Positions 25,092 to 38,800 of a stretch of 64,000 bases of DNA are shown here, one piece after another. The position numbers and the translations under genes are program-made. Within the stretch, counting starts at the first letter, position 1, and the number at the start of each line of letters is the position of its first letter. The notes under the pieces were generated by a model. The model was not told the DNA's origin and did not search any database. It saw only the letters and a program-made list of their open reading frames with translations. Origin of the DNA: Mytilus edulis (taxonomy: Eukaryota); assembly GCF_963676685.1 (NCBI RefSeq), contig NC_092352.1, positions 61,380,001 through 61,444,000 of the forward strand, given 5' to 3'.

Positions 25092-27642
25092 GTTATCTAT
25101 GCCTGGAATAAGAAAATCCTTAGTTTTTCGAAAAATTCGAAGTTTTGTAAACAGGAAATTTATAAAAATGACCACATTATTAATATTCATGTCAACACCA
25201 AAATGTTTACTACTGGGCTTGTGATACCCTCGGGGACGAAACGTTCACCAGCAGTGGCATCGACCCAGTGGTTTAAATAGTTATCAAAGGTACCAGGATT
25301 ATAATTTAGTACGCCATACGCTGCAGACACCAGACGCAAAAACTGCAATTAAACAGTTAAATAGAAAATAGACAAACATATTCCAAATAAAACTATGAGT
25401 GAAAACAAAATTCTCATTAAAAGTGGGTGATCCACTGAATGGCAAACAATTCCTTCTACGTGTGAGAGGTTAAGTTTAAAGCAAAGCAAGTTTAAAACAT
25501 TATGAAAGATCCAATTTGGTGACAGCTAAATGATCCTTATCCTAGAAGTTCAAAAATGATTTAATGGTCTGTTTCCACACTTAATGATAGATGCAATTGA
25601 TTTGGTCTCAATCATTTAAAAGTGGTTCAAAGTAAATGACACAAATATCGAACTTGAAGTTAAATTCAAAACGGAAAGTCCCTTAACAATTGGCGAAGTC
25701 AAAAGCTCAAATGCATGCAAACAAATGGAGAGCAACTGTCATATTCCTGACTTGGTACAGGCATTTTCTTGTGTAGAAAATGGTGAGTGTAGCCTGGTTT
25801 TAAAGCTAGCTAACCATTTCGAAACGTCCACCAGCAGTAGCATCGATCCAGTGGTGTGAATAGTTGAATCAATGGTACCAGGATATTGAATATAATATTG
25901 AAAAAAATAAAGTTCAGACATCTTTTGGCGGTCTCGTGCTGTAACTTGAGTACATGCTTGGTTCTAATACGTGTATAAAATATTTATATACTGTCGAAAC
26001 ACAATCAACCATATAAGGCACCTTAGGATATATTTTACCAAATAAAATGTTGGATCGACTAGCCTATATTTTTCAGACAAGTCGTTTTTGGTTCTTTTTA
26101 AGATGATTTAGTTGGTGCTTAAGTTTATGAATCAAAAAGACCTTACAAGAGTTGAAATTCAACATACAGATTTGTGCTTCTATTTTTTTAACACAATGTC
26201 TTTGTTTTGTTTTTTATATATATATATTATGACAATAAGTATAAGAATATTTAGTAAGTATGAAAAGGATTGAAATAATTTGAATTAACTATTTTCAATG
26301 AATAACCTTCTTAAACACGTGTGTTCTAATAAAGTAGGCTTTATACGTTAACATCTAAACATGTGTTGATCTGCTATATTTAATATACACCTTGCATAAC
26401 TTTGTAATGAGTCATAATTATTTTAGTAAAATATATATAAGATATATAAGATGAGAGACCTGGAATGTCATATAGAGGGAAAAGAGGGCACCCTCCTAAT
26501 ATTTTTATTTTATAAATATATTTTATAAGTCTGCTTATTTTAGCTATGCAGTGTAGGGGATAGAAATCTTTATGTACATTACAACTGTTCGCGAAACGGT
26601 TACTTGAAATAGCTGCTTGAAAGTATAACCAATTTTATTTGCTAATTGAAAATCAAGCGGAATAAAATAATTTAAGACAGCAGAGAAGATAATTCTGTTT
26701 TAATTGGTTATTTTTAACCGACTTAAATAAAAGAGTCAGCTTTAAATACTGTAAATGTATGATGTCTCTAGTTTGGTCAAAGGTCAGAGTGTCCTACTTA
26801 ATTAAACGATAAATTGTTGAAATTAGATAACATGTTTTCACGTGCAGAAAAAAATCACTTATGACCAATGCATGATTGGATATCATCTTTCTTATTGGTC
26901 AATGATCTTGCGGGTCAGTACGAGTTCACGTGTAAGTGTATTGTGGTCACTTCCTTTTATCATCAGCATTTGATGTGTTAACTTGTGATTCTTATCAAAC
27001 AATTTGTTCAAAATTCCCACCCACATACCGCCCTTATTGTTATATTTTGAAGTAGATATCTATATATGTTTATTTATGGGGCAGATTTTTCTCCCCACCT
27101 TTGCTATTCTTTGTCATTTATTCAATTGACATGATATTAGTTGATGTAATTTCGTATTAATTATGTATTATTATTTCATATGAAATATGAACTTTTATGT
27201 CAAATGTTTTATTTGCAAAATGTATTTTTTGCATTTTATGATTTTGAATAAATGACCTTTTTTCGTCAGTTTAGTTTTTATATCATAAAGCAAATCAAGC
27301 TCAGACTCTGGCATGTGTATACATAGTATGTTTATGGTATCTAGCTGTCTGTCTTAAAAACAAGTAGACGTAAAATTATGTGTTATCAATACGAAAAAGA
27401 TCTACGTGAAATTAATTCCAAGTTGCAGCTAAAAAATCATCCGAATACGTTTTGTTATAACTCCCGGGTGCTGGGAATTCGTATTGCTCCGCCTTTAGTG
27501 TGCTGGATTGAAAAAGTTTTCATATGATATTTAATCTTTTTCTATTGTTTATAGATTGTTTAAATATTCTAAGTTTTTGATCCAAGCACCACTGTCCTTT
27601 GTAGACAAATCGCACGTCTGGATTTTAACATAGTATTCAGTG

Positions 27643-27824
27643 TACAGTGAAACCTGATTAAACCGAACCCTGAATAAACTGGAAACCTATCTAATCCAAA
27701 CTTTTTCTGAAGACAATTATATAACAGTTTATGCATTGTGAACCTGATGAAACTGAATACCTGCCAACACCGAAAAAAAATTGGCAAGTCCCTAAAGGGT
27801 TCAGTTTAGTAAGATTTTACTGTA
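27643..27824. mobile_element. Tc1/mariner-pogo-type MITE
   Basis: ta|cagtgaaacct ... agattttactg|ta. Confidence 0.55.
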
Positions 27825-29885
27825 TAATAAAAAAAAAATATTTTTAGTGTTTTTTGTATTATTTGTACAAATTTTTTTTGTAAAGCAAAATCACCGACAG
27901 CGGGTTTTGATATATCTTCAGTTATTATTAAAAGCAGCCTAATAAAGTTTTCTGTATGAAAAAAGAAGGGGTAAACATCAGTTCAATCATTAAACTGAAT
28001 AACATTTTCCTACACAATCTCAAATTGACAAAACAATTTAAACAACACATGCTATACCTCAGAACGGACATGATACATTCACTTTACTCTTCGGAAGTTA
28101 CGACTAAATCAGATCTTAGACAGTTTCCTTTATTGCATTATGGTCAGGTATTTAGGATTCTTTTGCCAATGCAAACTGTTTCGAAGACAGTCGATCAATT
28201 TAGAGGACGCTTTAAAGTTATGACTTGCCCTTTTTTTTTCAAAAGAAAAAACGCTGCGTGACAGAAGGATATGTATAGTTCTACATTATTGCCCGACTGA
28301 AATCGAAATCTTGCATTTCATTACCACCATCTGAATATTGAAGTTGTTACTGAACAGCCAGTCACTACAGTAACAACCAAAAATATGTGCACATTCTTAC
28401 TAGCATAAATTGCATTGAAAAATAAATTTCTGATAATATTTTAATTATTAGGCATTCAAAGGAGAGAAGATCACATGGAAGCAGAAAAAAATCTTTGATC
28501 GAGGGAAAACCACAAAAATACAATGTAATCTAAAGAGATGAAAAAAGAAAGATGAACAGATAAATAACTGTAAAAAAGGACAAAAACAACTAAAGTTTGA
28601 ATATATATATATATATATATAGTGTTACAGCCTGTCAATACATTTTGATGATTAGCTCATATAGACCTATTTCATTTCCATGAAGATTGTTAGCCTCAAT
28701 CCCCATCAGTCATGGCGTATCCTCGTGTCTTGTATTTTCTACCTACTCGCATATTTTTCCAAATTTCCCTTTTATAGATTACACTTTGTAAATACAGCTG
28801 TTTCTCAAAACACGCCTCTTTTGGGGAGATCTTGAATATTCATAGAAAATTAATTTTGTTTACATACTGGTTCCCAGTTATGCTCTCTGTTTTCCATCTC
28901 ACAGAGGCATAACTTGGGAATGTTATCAGTAAATATACACGTGCATATTGTTTACATTGAAATCTGTGGTAACCTTTCGTTCGAGGTAGGGGTAGTTAAG
29001 AAATTTAGTGTTTGTTTAAACTCCGAGAAGTGCAGGGCATATAAACATTGAAAATATGCCGCACTGTCCTACATTTTGATTTTTAAAAAAAATTGTGGTG
29101 CATATGAACTTTAATTCTAGGATAAGATTTTTTTCAAAACTTCATAGTAAAAGTGGTACAGTTTTAGCCGTAAAAGGAAATCCTATGGGAAATTGCATTG
29201 CCAATATTTACAGAAATGCAACCTTATATGTTTGAACATAGATATGCCTAATATTTTGAGTCACTAGTATACTTTTGCATAAAACAATTGTATCTGAAAT
29301 ACATTTCGATCTATATTTTTTTTTATTTGAATACATTGCATCGATGGCACCTTTGTTGACAAAAAAAGCGTCTTGTGTTTTTTTCTCTAAGAAACGGGTC
29401 TATAATCGGAAATGACATGTCGTACAGATCCGGAATTGGTTATAAACTTGATACCAAAGTTTATATCAAAGTGGAAGAGGTGATCAAACTTATAACTTAA
29501 TGAATTAAATGTTTACATATACAACTATAAGATATCAAATATTATTTTGATATCTTTTTTGGACAAGTTGTACACATTTCAAAATTAGGCACATGGGAAG
29601 CCTTGTATGGTCTTGTATATATTCATATTTTTGTTAAATACTTTAGTTTTACTTTTAAATATTAAACATCTTTAATCATGGTTTTATTAATTGTCAATTC
29701 ATAAAATAAGTTGTACAACACATTTTTAAGCGATATGAGAAGATGCGTTGTGTACATGTATCGTGTCAATCTATCTGGAAACGTTTTGAGTAATTTTATA
29801 TATAACCTATCAATCAAATTATAATGTTAAAATTCTTCCTTATGTTGTTACTGTTGAAAACGATTTCATCTGTTATCGATTTAAA

Positions 29886-32800
29886 ATGAAGAACCTAGTG
29901 ATTGTGTTACTTATTTGTGGAATTATAAATTCAATGGACGGGATTTGTATCAACAACGAAGGGTTAGTTTCAATTAATGTCAAGTAACATTTAAACAAGA
30001 CATATCACCTTGTATGATCACTTTTAAACGCATTAGATCAATCACATTGTTCTATCTCAAAAGTAAAAAAAATAAAAATACCGAACCCATAGGAAAATTA
30101 AAAACTCAGACACATCATATGAATGGAAAATAACTGTCAAATTCTTGCCTTTGCATTGTCTCATGAAGAAAAAGAAAACCGTGGTTCAATATGGTTTGAA
30201 AATTCAGATTTTGTCATGATATTTATCACCTACATGTATGTCAACAAAAAAGAACCAAACTAATTAAGTTAAAAACGTAACGATAGAGATAAATCCATTT
30301 GATTCAAAAGCTGTTCAGATATATGTTAAATGGCATATAGAACTGAATATTAGATTCGAGTACTGTCTGCATGTGGTGTCATTTGTAACTGATACAAAGA
30401 CAAAGTATTTCGGAAACACATAATATGTTGTGACTCTACCTATTGCTTGGATATGCCCGACGAGGCAAAGATGTACAATTTGTACATATGTATATACTTT
30501 GCTGGTTTCGACTATTTAAATGATACTTTACAACTATATTCAGTTTATTCCAAATTTAAATGGAACGGTGAATAACAATTAGACTTTTCATTTAGAGCAA
30601 GGACCCCTTACTACTCAATTGTATATGACAAAAATGAAACTAGCGTAAAATGCGGGCATTATGAAGATATGTACCCCTAAAGAAGAAAATATTAATGTCA
30701 AATTATTTGTACAACTTCGTAAATATTTCTTAATGATGAATACATTGATGATCTCAATAAAACAATGATGCAAACCATAAAGTAAAAAAATTAATGACAT
30801 GTATTTAAATATAAAGTAGAATAATTGTTTCTATTTAACTACTGATTCTCGGGAACCAATTTTGGGAAAATCTAAAATTGTTTACTAATTATAAAGAGCT
30901 GTTTCAGTTTTCAACTTTACTGATGTTAACAGTAACTTTACCACACCTGCTGTACGCTATAAAGGATAGATAATAATGAGGTGAAAAAAGTATTGATGAC
31001 GATATTGATTGTAAATGATTTTTTGGAAATCCTTCTAATATTAGAGATGGCGGTGAGCGATGCAACGATTTTCGTGGTAAAAACGACATTGTACATTATT
31101 CTTTAGAATCGACTCAAGGTCGTATGATACAGAAGACATTCCTCGATGAAAATGTTTAAAATGTTCGACTCAACGTCAATTTCATTGGACAGATCGTCAT
31201 TTCAATATAGACGAATATTTTACTGAAGAAATTATTTAATATCAGTTTTTCACCCTGAGCGATAGCGATTGGTAAAATACGAATACAACGGGGAAACCCA
31301 TAGTTCAACTAAATTTGGATAGTATGCGTTTGCACAAAAGTAGAAATAATATAATTATACTTGTTAATAATAATAGGGGTTGTCATACTAGAATTTCAGT
31401 TATATGTTGTTTTATTTTGTACTGTTTAAAGTAAAGAAGCAAGTTATTATTTCAATATTTCGTTGAAAAATAGCATAACTTTCAATGGACAATATACTTT
31501 CACTCCATTTTTCTTTGTGTTGTAAATATAATTTTACATGCGTAAAGCAGTAACCAATTTTTTTAGTTACAGCGTATATAATAAAACATTCTTGACGCTG
31601 TGCACAATCGATTTCACACAAAAAAATAGAAAAACATCTTATATTTATTGAAATTTGGATAACACTTTGAAACCATAATCGAGTCGATTTCGCAATTAAT
31701 TGAAATGGTGTTCCGCGAAATAACAAGCATTCAGATCAGGAAGTTAAGTTCCTGTTTTGTCTGAGGCGGTATTTTGCACATAATGATGCCTATAAATGCT
31801 GATAACTTCTAAGTTTAAAAAAATATCAGCTTCAATCTTATTTTTTTTTATTAGAAAACTCACATTTATTTCAGTTCTGGTCATTTTTTTTTTTGCATTT
31901 CAGACTTGAAGATTGCTGCCATAACTATGAAGATATCAAGGGTATATGCAGAGGTAAATTACATAATTACTATCGATTGCATACGTATACAATATTAATC
32001 TTGGTCGTTATTGTTGTTAACGGTTGATTTGATTTTTGATTTTTGGAGTTTTAACACCACTTTTAAATACTGCATTTAGGCTACTTCGTGGCGGCCACTT
32101 TTTATTTGCAGAGGAAGCCGAAAAAAAACACCGACCTTCGAAAGAAAAACTGACAATCCTAGTCAATTAAGATTGGAGTCGAGGGCACCCACACGAGCAG
32201 GGTTCGTACTCGCAACCTCAGTGTTGACTAGCTAGTGATTACAGTAGTAGAACTGTTGTTAACAGATAGCCAGTTAACGAGAATACCACAAACGCTCCTG
32301 TACTGGATAGGTTTAGTTTGAATGATGGTTGGGTTCGTGTCATACATTTTTCGGTGAATAAACTTTTTTCCGAAATAAACCGGACACCAAGGCTGCAATC
32401 AAAATAGAAAAAAAAACGAATAAACAGACAAAATCATATTTAAATTAAAACAAAGCGCTGAAAACATCAGTCCCATGTGTGCTCTACTATTAGGTACATC
32501 TAGTTCCTTCAGTGTGTGACAACCTTCGTGTAATCAGTCGTACAATACACATTTGCACCTCACACGTTCGCCCCAATTTTTATTTAAATCCCAATTGAAT
32601 AATTTGATATTTTTTATAAGTATATACCAAAATAAACTGCGAATTGGTATTTGAACTCAGCTAAGTTAGTATAATTGTGTGTGTTTGAAAATCATGATTG
32701 TTGTTTAAACTTGCTTTGATGTAAAATCGGTGTTTTGTGGGTTCTCGATACTCAATCGCTGGTTTCCCGTGTATTGATTTGTAGTCTGTTATCATAATTC

Positions 32801-35800
32801 TGTCTTTTTCGATCGTCTATTTGTCCTTTTGTTTCATCTTAAATATCTGTTTTCTCCGTCTTGGTGGGTTTTGTATTTGTGGCACTATTAATATCTTCCG
32901 TCGACTTTATGTAACAACAAAAAACATTTTTTTTTTCATTCAAAAATGTTTTTTGTAGTAAAAATATCAAAACTATTTGTTCGTATTTATATAAAAAAAG
33001 ACTTTCATAGATCGAAGGATGGCTAGACTTCTAACCGATTGAAGGTTTTATTTTAATATCGTTTTGAAAATGTGTAGGAGATACCATGGGTTGTTCAAAA
33101 ATAAAAATTGGAGAAAAACCAATCAGAGTCCGAATAAAAAAAGACAAAAAGGCAATTTGTTTAACAGTCATTATATTTTCAATACAACAAAGTGTTTTTG
33201 AATAAAATAGTCAGTTTTGTTGTTACCTAAAAGTGTCTACAATATACTAATTAAAAAAATATATGGAAGAAATGTATGAACAGCACCAGATAATTAGTGC
33301 CAACTCTGGTTTATTGCTCGGGAAGAAAAGAGAACAGTCCACAAAAAATGTCACGAAAAAAAGATTGAATAACTTTTTCTTTTTGTATATGGATTTGAAA
33401 TATGGAAATATGGAAATATATATATATATATATATTGTATTAAATTTAATTGACAACACCGTTTCTTTTAGGGACATTTTCAAACTCATGTATTTTGTTT
33501 GGCTAAAAATGTAATTTTGAAAACCTTATTTTGTATTTATGTTTGGAAATTGTTTTTTTATGAACTTATCAGTATTTTTCTATTTTAGAATGCAAAATTG
33601 GAACTACAACAAGAATCTTCGGTGGTAGATGTCTTCCATGTACAAACTATACGTATGGTGTTGAATGTTTAAAAACATGTGACTGCAATCCTATCGAATG
33701 GTATGACTTCAAGTTGCAATCTAAATAGGTGTAATACCACCATTGATTTTTCCCTATTAGTCTTTGTTAAATTGGCACTTTTAAAAAAATCGTACAGTAT
33801 TTACCTTTATTTCAACCAAAGAAATACTTTGCATGTGTAAAGTTCAATCCTTTCCAGTGATACAGTGAAAATTTCACACTACATTTCATTGCATATAAGA
33901 AAGTAACCACCGCCGAGGGTAGACAACCCAATTTTTACACTGTTATTTACTGGTTACCTGCTTTGGTAACTATGTAACCTGAACGTTCCAAAATATTTTA
34001 TAAGACCATCAAATAAAAAAAGAATGATGCTTTCAGACACCCAACATACATATTTACGACTCAGAAAAATTTAAGTGCATTGAAATGCAGGGTTAATTTT
34101 CTACAACTGTCAAATTCAAGGGAATATTTTTTTAGGCCTACTTTCGTATGCAACCGGATGTGACATACCATGATTTGGTGGTATTACACCTAAAGAACAC
34201 CTAAATGTCAAATAAACTTAATGCAATTTTTTCCCCTCCAATTGCAAGTTATTTCAAGCATAACTGTCAAGTTTTGTCTCAGTCAGAACTATAGTTTCAG
34301 AGAAAATCACTATAATGTAAGGCCATATCCTACGGCAATTTCAGTCCAATTTCTTCGAAAAATCCTAATTTCAGTGTATCATTATAAAATGCAGTTTTGA
34401 CTAATATCTGATCATAATCTCATGATATTATATGCATCCAAACAATTAAATAGAATACAAAAGACAACTTTAAGATGATAAACAATTTTATTGCACCTTT
34501 TAGAGTTCATTTGAAGGTCTGTTTTGGTCTGTTTTGGTCCATTTTCCCTCCTTCCTTCCTTTTTCATCAAAACTTGATATCTTTTGTCTAAAAAATAAAA
34601 CAAATGTGATTATTTTCCCACAAAAATGAAATAAATGTAATGTTAAATCAATAATTAAAGTGTTTTAGCTGAAAGAACTGTCTCTATAAATGTTAACAGT
34701 CTACACGGAAGTTTCTATAAGCCCTTATGTGTAACTTGAGTTTTTGGTCTGTTCCCCTAGTGTGAGAAATAACGGTTCCCTTTCAGTCAATCATTTATTG
34801 CTACTGGTATCAAAGTCTTTTTATTTACTCATAACAGTATATTTCTAATAGATTTACACAAAAAGTCCACTTTCTTGTATTTTACATTAGAAAATGGGGA
34901 GAAAGAGTAATAAAAAAATACCTCAAAATTTTTTTAAAAAGGGTTATGTCCCTTGGAATGCTGGTACAAAAAATAATTGGTAAGAATTATAAAGTTTAAG
35001 TATGTGAGACTGGATTCTGATGTGTATAAATCCAGGACAAATAAGTGTTTAGATGAGTTATTCTCTGTGCAAAATGTAGACGGCACAATGGCAAATTGTA
35101 AACTTTTGCGGCCAAAACAAAAAAAAACATGATGATAGTTGATACATACTTTAATGCTGAAGTGTCATCTGCAGACCAATTCACATATAAGATTTTTCAA
35201 CAGAATGCTCTTCAGAACATGGTTAACACTGAAATAAAAAATTCACATGTTGTATAAACAAAACAAAAACTGTAAGGGTAATTTAAAATTTAACACAGTA
35301 ATCTAAATACAGCTTTGTCTGTCCACCCATTTGACTAAGAAAACACCCGTAAACCCCCATTTCAATGTAATTTTACCTCAAACGTACTTTCTGTGTCTAA
35401 ATCCATTCCGAAAAGTCCATGTTTACAATGTATGAACTGGTTTATTAATAACTTTTAAAAATGAAAGTACAATAGGGTCACGAGTGCACATTTTGTTTCC
35501 CTAAATAGGTGTAATACCACCATTGATTTTTCCCTATTAGTCTTTGTTAAATTGGCACTTTTAAAAAAATCGTACAGTATTTACCTTTATTTCAACCAAA
35601 GAAATACTTTGCATGTGTAAAGTTCAATCCTTTCCAGTGATACAGTGAAAATTTCACACTACATTTCATTGCATATAAGAAAGTAACCACCGCCGAGGGT
35701 AGACAACCCAATTTTTACACTGTTATTTACTGGTTACCTGCTTTGGTAACTATGTAACCTGAACGTTCCAAAATATTTTATAAGACCATCAAATAAAAAA

Positions 35801-38800
35801 AGAATGATGCTTTCAGACACCCAACATACATATTTACGACTCAGAAAAATTTAAGTGCATTGAAATGCAGGGTTAATTTTCTACAACTGTCAAATTCAAG
35901 GGAATATTTTTTTAGGCCTACTTTCGTATGCAACCGGATGTGACATACCATGATTTGGTGGTATTACACCTTAAACATAAAGATAGCGTTGTCTTGTCTT
36001 AAACAAAAGTTAAATGTTACGTAATTGACAAATATATTACACTTACCTTTACCTTGACGGACACTTTAAACATGTAAATCTTTCATTCGGATGTAGTTCT
36101 CTTTTTTCATTGCTGATACATATTAGAAACTTATTATCATGTCTTTGTGCATGTTTAATTTTTTAGATGTAAAGAAACAATACAAAAATGATTAATACTT
36201 TTTTTTACAAAACAGGTGCGATGCTGAGGTTGGGTGTATTTTAAAAACAACCATCTTAACAACACATTTGAAGAATGCTGGTAACTATAATTATCTTTCA
36301 CAAGTCTAAAGTATTAAGACATTTATTTAAACGTTTCAAATATGAGAAATTATTTTGTTGACCATGGATGTTTGAATTGGTAAAATATAATCAACATAGT
36401 AGCACTTTTTTCTTCAGAGTCAACAGATGTCAAGATTCTAAATTTGTAAGTTTTTGTATTCTACGAGCCGAAATCATGTAGTATAATCCTGATGATAGGT
36501 GTTTTTCTATCATATCTTTTAACTGGAATAAGTTAAATCAGGCAGTTTACTCTCTTTCTAAAATTGATTATCATTTTGTCGTCGAATTTATGTTTTGTAT
36601 GTCTTAATGTAAGTTTATGTTATATAATTATATGCATACTGTCACCTTTACAACCTTTTCCTTATGTCTCTTTTGTTAACATGCCGAATTCATATTATTA
36701 AGTTGAATACATGCTGATATAGCATTTGCATTTAGAGCTAGCTCAAAGTATGTTGATTTTGTTGAACGAGGAATACTGCTTTCTCAAAAGTTGATAAGAC
36801 AGGGTTATGAATCAATCAAATTAAGGTCATCACTCAAGAAATGTAACGGTCGCCATCATGAGCTCAATGGCCATTATCATAACGTGTGTCAGAAATCATA
36901 CACTGATGTTCTTCCTCAGTCATAATAACCTTCAATCATTACCAAACTGAACAAAGTAATAACACGACGGGTGCCGTATACGGTGCAGGAAATGTTAACC
37001 CTTCCGGAGAACCTGATTTCACTCCCGGTTTTTAGTGGAGTTTGTATTTTTTCTTATTTATTATTTATAACTGTTGATGTAAATGTCCTTTGGTTTTGCG
37101 AGTATTTGTTTACTCCTTGGTGTGATTTTTATTTTTCTTAGAACAGGTTCACAATTTCAATGTAAAAATCTTTATCCTAACAGACGGTTTGCCATGTACT
37201 GTATTTATAATAGACTTTTCTTTTTGTTATCAGTCACTTAAGTTTGAAAATATGAAGTATAAAACTCGTATCAAGTATAAATGTCCATATATGTAAAGTG
37301 TTGTTTACACGTTAATCAAACTTATCTACGTTACTGTCTTTTTTTTTTGAAGATACAACAGATGCAGATAAGTCTGTCTCATTTTTGACTTTATCAAACT
37401 GAATCAGATATTTTCTTGTCAAATCTTCTCACACACATCACTGATCCGAAGAATCAGATATTCGTCATTATTTTTTCTATGCATATTCTGATTGAATTGT
37501 GTTCCCAGTCTCTACAACGATAGTTGCACTCAAAGCACTCTTTGATTGTTTAAAGATTATCTGCTGACGATTAACTGCCTCTTGTTTTTCAAATAGAACA
37601 CGATACAATGTTTCATTGATGGTTCAAATGCTGTTTGGTGCTAACGAACATCTTCCTGGTATCGCTGTGAATACATTTTTATACATCTTCGTACGCCAGG
37701 CACTATTCTCTCAATTGAGACCTCTCTTTATTGATGAGCTGCTGATACAATGTAAAAGAATATTACCTGCTTGTTTAATATCGGTTTAATTGACTAATAT
37801 TTCTTCAGTTATATTATCCTTCAAAATTTCAGTAGACACTCTCCCCTTCATTAGGAAAATAGACAGTTATGAAATGGAAATAAACTCATCATAAATACCA
37901 GGACTGAATTTTGTATATACGCCAGATGCGCGTTTCGTCTACAAAAGACTCATCAGTGACGCTCGAATCCAAAAAAGATAAAAAAAAAAAAAAAAAACGC
38001 CAAATAAAGTACAAAGTTGAAGAGCATTGAGATCCAAAATTCCTAAAAGTGTTGCCAAATACAGCTAAGATAAACTATGCCTGAGGTAGAAAAGCCTAAT
38101 TATTTCAAAAAAAATTGTAAACAGTTAATTTATAAATGTAACAATATCAATGATTATTCATGTCAGCACAAAAAGTGCTGACTACTGGGCTTGTGATACC
38201 CTCCGGGAAATAAATCTCCACCAGCAGTGGTATCGACCCAGTGGTTGTAAATAAACTTATCATAGATACCAGGACTAAATATTGTATATACGCCAGACGC
38301 GCGGGAAGGGAAGTATTTTATGGTACACTGATTTTCAACTTTCTATATTAGAAAACTGTAACGCTTAGTTTAACGAAAACAATTGTTTTCGGTTAGTTTA
38401 TTAAAAAATTTGAATTTTCGGCATTGAAAGTGTAATTTTACAAGGGAGCACACAAACAATGTTGAGTAATCATGACACTACTTGGTATTTTAAACTCAAA
38501 ATGTGTATAACGGAATTATGATAGCACTCAAGAAATTGCCAGTCAGCATTGTATTCATCGAACAATTGCATCATTACATCGTTTATAGTAATTTAGAATA
38601 AAAGACAAATACGCATTTAAGATAATTTTTCATATAACCTCATCATGTATAACACAAGTAAAACATGCAAAAACTATGTTTGTAATCATTTAACATTTGC
38701 TCTTTGCGAGAAAATATTGAACCAGTTTTATTTCCAGATGAAACAATCAGAACAACAGAAGCAACTGTTATAAACAGTGGTGAGTAAAACATAACACAAT

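Larger units (their letters stand above)
23341..25321 (-). mobile_element. Hammerhead-bearing retrozyme-like repeat (23341-23513 plus 25092-25321), split by the RT insertion
   Basis: The two halves join (tacggctaaggtaa | gttatctatgcctgg) into the unit seen intact at 37878-38303. Terminal direct repeat aaatagt.atcaaaggtaccaggatta...tagtacgcca at 23341 and about 25276. Confidence 0.8.

Noticed and set aside
25092-25190. N-terminus of the 308-aa RT ORF as genuine protein
   Set aside because: It derives from the flanking non-coding retrozyme repeat and is fused in frame by the insertion.
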